A stretch of 64,000 bases of DNA from Selaginella moellendorffii (lineage: Eukaryota; Plantae; Lycopodiophyta): assembly GCF_000143415.4 (NCBI RefSeq), contig NW_003314270.1, positions 1,357,048 to 1,421,047 on the forward strand, in the 5' to 3' direction. The translations under genes and the position numbers were made by a program. Below, piece by piece: positions 57,938-64,000 of this stretch (position 1 is its first letter; every line of letters begins with the position of its first letter). A model generated the notes under the pieces. The model did no database searches and was not told the DNA's origin. It saw nothing but the letters and a program-made list of their open reading frames with translations.

Positions 57938-60115
57938 TTAATCACACCTCGCGGGAGTTCTTGCCGGGATAGGGGGAACGTCCGTCCTGCGCTCCAGCAA
58001 GCGCGCCACGCCTTCCATCGCGGGCCTGGATCTCGGATCCGGATGAGAGCAAAGCAATCCAACTCCATAGAGGGTCATTGCTTGATCAAACACGAAGCTC
58101 CCCCCAAGCCTCGGATCGACCAGCTCTCCAATTCCACACCCCCGCTCGTGTAGCAGCCACGCTCGATCCACCAGAGACTCACCCTCCTCGGAACTTGGAG
58201 GACCCCCGGAGACGAGCTCCAGGCAAACGATCCCAAATCCATAGACGTCCATCTCTCGGGTCCACGGATCCGAGAAGGAGCTCGCCTCCGGAGGAAGATG
58301 ATACTCTGGCTGAGGATGATGATCCGAAGAGCTTGGAGCTCGCGAGGAGCTCGAGCCGAGCAAGCCAAAGTCACCGAGCCGGGCCTGGAAGGTGATATCC
58401 ATGAGAACGTTGCTCGACTTGACGCGGCCGTGGAGGAAGTTCGACATGTGGAGATGGAGGAGGGCCGCGGCTACGTCCCCTGCCAGCTTCCAGCGGTGGA
58501 TCCACGGCAGCGCCAGGAGAGCTTCCGCGGGATGGAGCCACTTATCCAGGCTCGCGTTGGGCATGTACTCGTAAACCACCATGAGATCCGGGCCTGACTC
58601 GCACCAACCCCGGACTGGAACCAACCGGGGATGCCTGAGCTTGCTGAAAGCCGGGAGGATCTCCGAGATGAGCTGCTGCTTGCGCTTCCTGTTCTTGCTC
58701 ATGTTCAAGCTCGGCACGCACAGCACACCTGAGGACGAGACCGGCCAGACGTTGCTGAGAACTTTGATCGCTACCAAGCTGCCATCCTGCAAGCTTCCCC
58801 TGTAAACTACTCCGAGCGGCCCCTGCCCGAGCTTCTGCTTCTCGGCGAAGTCCCCGGTTGCTACCACCAGCTCAGGAAGATCAAACTCTCGGGGCCTGTG
58901 GAGCGGCCTCGGCCTTGGGAGCATCACGACTGGCATGCTCCATGGATCACCACCACAGCCACCACCACCGCCACTAATACTAGCACTAATGGTTTTGCTC
59001 GAGTGAGCTCTGTTCCTTCGCCAAGAAACGAGCACGATGAGAACCAGCGAGAGGACGGTAGCACTTACGCTGACGAACACGAAGAAGATGGCCGGGGGAT
59101 GGCCCTTTCTGCCGCTGGCGTGGTCGAACTTGTCCTCCACGATGGCGTCTTCGCATTCCTCTCGGTGGGAGATGGTTTCCTTGCTGTTGCTGAGAGTCAC
59201 CGGCGGGAACCTCTGGACGGCGTGGCTGGCACACGAGAAGGTCCACGAGAGGATGCTGTGGGAGAGAGCCTCGGCACCGGTGGAAGCCGTGAAGCCGACG
59301 AACATGTACTCCTTGAGAAAGCTGGAGAGATCGACCGGCGTGGAAATCAGTGGAAGAACCTGATCGTCGTCGAGTAAGCTGTCTTGCTTGGCCGGATCAA
59401 ACTCGGGGTCGCGCGAGGAAGGAGTGGAACTCACTCGAACTTGGAGGTGCTGGATGGAGCTGTCGTAGCTGATCCTGGCAGTCACAGACGAGCCGTTCCT
59501 CAGGAACACTCCCGCGTTGGAGAGATCGGCCGTCTCGTTGGATATGACGCTTCCCAAGTTCAGGCCAACATGGTTGTCATTGGGATCGCCAAACTCGTCG
59601 TCTTTGAAAGTGTCAAACTCCACCGCGATCACGGGACGCCTACCCTCGCTGCTGTTGCCTCGCCGGTGGTGGACGCACGCATCGTTGAGCATTCCCAGAT
59701 AGCCAGCGTCTCGACCAACCGTCAGTTCATCCGGAGCTATGATAAAAGCCAGGCCTCCACCAGTTTCATGGCTTGTGGACGACGACGAGCTCTGGATGAC
59801 GAAGGAGAAGGTAGTGTCGAACGAGGCCGGGATGCTGGTGTTTGGATCCCACATCCGGACTGGCGATGCAAAGAGCGCTCGTCCCGCTTGATTGGCTTGC
59901 GCGTCCTGAGCTGGAATTCTTATCGATCCATCCCCCATCACTGCCGCATTCCCAATGAGCCTGATATCCTCCGTCCTCTCCCCGAATGCTCGAGGTGGAA
60001 ACTTGAAACTCCTCCTTATCTGGCTTCGGTGGTGAGCAACCTTGACAAACAAAGACGAAGAGTCCCGGGCTTGAGCAGCACATAGCCATAGCAGCAGCAG
60101 CAAGAGCAGTCCCAT
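57938..60115 (-). CDS. L-type (legume) lectin receptor-like kinase, probable pseudokinase
   Basis: Signal peptide, lectin motifs (GRALF, SFDTTFSF, GLAFII, AVEFDT, NDNHVG, MFVGFTAST), TM helix, and a kinase domain with HGRVK in place of HRDxK. Confidence 0.92.
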   Translation of the reverse strand: MGLLLLLLLWLCAAQARDSSSLFVKVAHHRSQIRRSFKFPPRAFGERTEDIRLIGNAAVMGDGSIRIPAQDAQANQAGRALFASPVRMWDPNTSIPASFDTTFSFVIQSSSSSTSHETGGGLAFIIAPDELTVGRDAGYLGMLNDACVHHRRGNSSEGRRPVIAVEFDTFKDDEFGDPNDNHVGLNLGSVISNETADLSNAGVFLRNGSSVTARISYDSSIQHLQVRVSSTPSSRDPEFDPAKQDSLLDDDQVLPLISTPVDLSSFLKEYMFVGFTASTGAEALSHSILSWTFSCASHAVQRFPPVTLSNSKETISHREECEDAIVEDKFDHASGRKGHPPAIFFVFVSVSATVLSLVLIVLVSWRRNRAHSSKTISASISGGGGGCGGDPWSMPVVMLPRPRPLHRPREFDLPELVVATGDFAEKQKLGQGPLGVVYRGSLQDGSLVAIKVLSNVWPVSSSGVLCVPSLNMSKNRKRKQQLISEILPAFSKLRHPRLVPVRGWCESGPDLMVVYEYMPNASLDKWLHPAEALLALPWIHRWKLAGDVAAALLHLHMSNFLHGRVKSSNVLMDITFQARLGDFGLLGSSSSRAPSSSDHHPQPEYHLPPEASSFSDPWTREMDVYGFGIVCLELVSGGPPSSEEGESLVDRAWLLHERGCGIGELVDPRLGGSFVFDQAMTLYGVGLLCSHPDPRSRPAMEGVARLLERRTDVPPIPARTPARCD

Positions 60116-60742
60116 GACTCGATAAAAATCCTGTTTTAGCTTCTCATCCTTCTTGTTCTCCTTCTTCTTCCGATGGAAAGGAAAGTCTCACCAGGAAAAT
60201 CACCCCCTTCAACTGATCCCCAACTGTTTTCACTTCACACCAAGACTGTGAGCACCAAGTTGCCTAGCCATGCGATCGACGGGCCGGGAGGGAGCAAATT
60301 CGCGGAAGCGAGACTCTCACGATGGTCCAGAGGCCGTCCGCTGAGTGGTGAAGACGACGGAGTGCTAATGAAGGTGGAAATTGTTTTCTAGTGATCAATG
60401 GAACAGTTGTTGGACGGACATTAGCACAGCCGGTGCGGAATATTGATGAAACCAGGACCAACCAGCACCGCTCATCTGCTAGTACGTTCTCCACAATCTG
60501 CTCGGCAGCTTCGGCTCGTGGAATCCCAGCTGGCGGAAAATGAAAGAAAATTGTTACTGTCTCGTCCCAGCGACAGGCCACTCACCTGTGACCCAGGCGC
60601 TTTTGGTACCATCGCTACAAACGAATTTGGTTGTCTTTCAATGAAACTGTGGAGTAGTATGTTAGTAGTGCACTGCAAAAGGGAGAGATGTCAGGAAGCC
60701 AGCGAATTTTCTAATCGCAAGGATCCAAATGCGAATGCTTAT

Positions 60743-61627
60743 TCAATTATACTGAAACCTGAGAGTTAAGAGGAAGAGTTCTGGATTGCGAGAATCGAGC
60801 TGCGGCGTCACTGGTCCATCATTAATCAAATGAACCTGTCAGCTATCAGAAGTTTCCATCACGTCAACTTCATGAACAAGAGCGGGAGGAGATCATACTT
60901 GCATCAGTGCGCCAAATATACGCACGGCTTAGCTTTTGGAGGGATTCATGGAGATCACACAAAGCTTGCCTTTAACTTTGTCCGTAGAGTAGGAGTGAGC
61001 GACAGCCTCGACGAACTTGGAGTAGAAATCCTTAGCCTGGAGTGGTGGCATGGCCAAGTGGAAGTCCGGCTTGTTCCCCTTGAGAAATCCATAAAGCGTG
61101 AACTGGCTCACTGGACAGTGGAAGAAGAGAAAAGATAAATGTTGCAATACATTCATACAATCCCGAGCAAAACGTCGGAGGTTCTTTTGCATGACCTGTT
61201 CGTAAAGAACACAAAAGAAAAACTTTTTTTTTCTGAGAATCTCGAGAGTGGGAAATAGAAAAAGAGGCACTTTCTTTCTTACACATGCTTTGGCGGTTTC
61301 GTCGTTCACAAATCGCATCCTTAGAATTTTCCTGCAGCTGCGAAGAACACACCAAAGAAAACTGTATCTCCTTTCCCATCCGAAGCTCAATTAGGAAATC
61401 TGCAGGGAAAGCGTTTCAAGGAAGAAAGGAAAAAACGCACAAGCAAGCATCTGTGACACAACTTGGCCATCGACCCGATCGAAAGAAGCGCTCAGAGCGA
61501 TCAAAAGGGAAGGACTCTCGCGCTTACTGGCGGACAAGACTCGCTGCACCACCCCTCGAGTAGGGACTTGATTTTTAGGGTTCTTGCTGGAAATGGCGCG
61601 CTCTCGTTCTTCTGGTGGTGTCGTCAT
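60743..61627 (-). pseudogene. DTD: D-aminoacyl-tRNA deacylase (DTD1-type), apparently degenerate
   Basis: VVQRVLSAS, VDGQVVS, CRKILRMR, VSQFTLYGFLKGNKPDFHLAM, IFGALMQ, LINDGPVT. The usual GLLVLVG segment appears deleted and splice sites look damaged. Confidence 0.8.
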
Positions 61628-62016
61628 GGCAGCACTAGGCCAGATTCCTCCCAATCCGCGGCATTCGAGATGGCTCGTCGCCAGCGGCTTAAGGGTGCTG
61701 CATTGCAGGGATCACGAAGATGAGAGAAATGCGAGAAAATAAGCTCTCTCCACAAGGGCGTTGAATGTCACTGGTGAAGGACTGATTTCTTTTTCTCTGG
61801 ATTGGTTCTTGCAGGAACATTGTCTCTTTCAGCGATGGCCCCGCGCTTAATTCCACTGGCACTCCATACTTCTACCTGACCGAGCTGGATCCAACAGCAA
61901 GGGATTTGGCCGCGGACGAGCGCTGCTCGTTCACGATCAGCGAGGCCTCGCTGGGAACTTGCGGCAAAGCGGACGCAGAGTGCCCAACTTGTTCCAAGAT
62001 CACGCTCTCTGGAAAG
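61593..62016 (+). pseudogene. CREG-like (pyridoxamine-5'-phosphate oxidase-related) gene fragment
   Basis: Exon ~61814-62016 encodes NIVSFSDG...GTPYFYLTELDPTARD...CSFTISEASLGTCGKADAECPTCSKITLSGK. The upstream exon is degenerate and no downstream exons were found. Confidence 0.75.
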
Positions 62017-64000
62017 GTGTGGAATTCTCCTTGTTCTCATCGCAAGATTTACTACACTCGCTAACTCACTGCCCTCGGCTTTGTTCTCCAAGCACCATGA
62101 AAGTTTTTTTGCTGTCATGCATTCTAATATTTGGATCCAATTAATAAAGGGCCAGCCCTAACCCTAAAAATTTCCTGTTATTGAGTAACTTAACCCGTGC
62201 AAAATGATTAATTGTGTTCTTAACCGCTTTCGGTAAAAGCTGACCTATTCATCTTACATTGACAATATCTCCTGGAAAAGACTGGTAACAATTTCCCGTT
62301 CCATCGTTTTCTCTAACTCGTTCATCAGAGCCCAATTCCTGGGAACACACACACACGGGATGAAAAACACACCTCCCTGCCCACGCATCGCATTGATAAG
62401 TAGAGTAGCCTTCCCAAGTGCCCTTGGAAAGTAAGGACATTGTTAGGATTAAATCGTCAGCAGCACCCAAATCTAAGGGCTCCCCTTCGGGAGGGGTAAT
62501 TTGTTTTCTAGATTATCTTGGCAATTGACAAATTAAATTTTGAAATACCTTCTTATTAGCGGGTCCAAATGAATATACATTTAGAGCTCCTTCCTAAGCT
62601 TGCTTGCATTACCAAACAATGCTATGCCGCCATGCCCAAAATTTGCGATTGGGCAGGATTTGGACATGTGTATGTAACAAGTATATGGTGGTCACAAGCA
62701 CTTAATCTTTCAAGCCTTTTATATATACATGGAGTATAATACATATATATATATATAAAGTGGCCTGACCACAATTCATTTAACAGTGGCTTAAATCTCA
62801 CGTTCGATGCGATGTCCCCACCAGCATACTGGATCTACCAAAGACCAGGATAGAATTTGAGGAGAAGAAGCTAGAAGTGATGAGACATTGCCAATCGTCA
62901 ATCGATCTCAAGAGGAGTGAGACCAATCTCAAGATTGTCAAGTGTACTATTCATAGTTATATGTCAGAAGAGCTTTAGTATTTAAGAGCTTCTCACTACT
63001 TTCATCTCTACAATCATGTACCTTGACAAAATGTCACTTCCAACATGTCCTTTTGCCATACATTGGAGATAGATGTTTGCAGCCTCATCAAATCACCAAC
63101 ATCATCATTCTTACGTTGAATTGAATCATATGAATAATTACTAAAGTATTACTCTCCCTAGTATCCATCCAGCAAGAACCTTCCAAGTGTAGCAGCAGTC
63201 CAAGCATGTTCTTATGCGAGATTTATTTGCTCCACAGTGGGATTGACCTGAGCAACCTCGTAACATTTGAAATGAGCTGCCTGATAAATAAAAAAGCTCC
63301 CAGTATACCAAAGAAATAAAAAAATTCAATGTTCATTTGTGAGATTTTTAAAGGCTTTTTCATTGGAATGATTAAAAAATGCTATATGTGTTCAAAGCTT
63401 TTTCTATTTTACTAGAAACTATGTAAACATTTCGTGACTAGTTTATTCCAAATCTTGTGCAAGTGTGAAATGCAAGTACTCCCAGGATAGATAAAGGTTT
63501 TGTGATTCGCAACGTGAAGTTGCAACCTCCTGCCCAACAACTTTGAAGGCGGATAAGCTCTTGTGGGCCTGGAAGCAACAGCCTTGTGAGATTGATGAAC
63601 AAGCAGACCAGGCCATCAGGAAAAGAACGCGTCAGAGTTACACTGCTGCGGATTATGTCAAGGCTGTGGCTACGAATGGAAACACTCAGAAAGTCTGTTC
63701 CCGTGTTTCAGGACTTGCTGAATTGTTTCACAAGGTGTGGAAAGAGACGGGTGTTTGATCGCCTCTGTTCTCATATCCCGCTAAAAGATCAGGCGAAGTG
63801 GCTGCATTTGCAGTAGCTCCCGGACAAGGAGATAGCCTGCTTGTCTTTCGTCCTCGACTTCTCAAATACTTCCTTCTGCTGGGCAGATTACATTGAAAAG
63901 AAGGCAGCGAGGAAGGGTCTGGCGAAATTGTTTCTGCACACCACACGCGGTAAGATCTTTCGAAAAAACTAAAAAAGATTTAGAGAGCGCTAAGTTCTTA

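Noticed and set aside
62100-64000. Short ORFs and exon-like patches at the right end (likewise 24620-27700)
   Set aside because: No recognisable domains or consistent gene model could be supported from the sequence alone.

Overview
Eukaryotic plant DNA. Very short GT-AG introns (mostly 45-80 bp), tightly packed genes and PLS-type PPR genes suggest a lycophyte such as Selaginella; this is an inference. The window has four parts. (1) 1-23.3 kb is a rearranged segmental duplication. A kinase-like gene, a plastid-type acidic protein gene and a PPR gene form a ~3.7 kb inverted repeat. Two broken NEMF/Rqc2 fragments and one intact NEMF gene (19336-23290, minus strand) are also present. All of it is explained by a tandem duplication followed by a ~6.3 kb inversion. 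The AT-rich spacer at 12.7-19.2 kb holds a decayed DDE transposase and a complete Cassandra-like TRIM whose LTRs carry 5S-rRNA-derived sequence. (2) 23.3-27.7 kb holds hypothetical and degenerate sequence. (3) 27.7-47.5 kb is a nested LTR-retrotransposon island resolved by 5-bp TSDs. It contains a Gypsy integrase relic, a gag-protease-only element with a probable self-priming PBS, and two full ~7.6 kb non-coding LARD-like elements. These two have ~1.8 kb hairpin- and satellite-rich LTRs and a strongly conserved, repeated, multi-branched RNA-structure core, which is the best candidate here for something undescribed. (4) 47.5-64 kb is a gene-dense block: truncated XBAT34/35-like ankyrin gene, sHSP with clustered E2F sites, RAD5/16-like SNF2-RING helicase, PPR, RPL10A, L-type lectin receptor pseudokinase, and degenerate DTD and CREG genes. 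All identities and alignments were made by eye; no searches were run.
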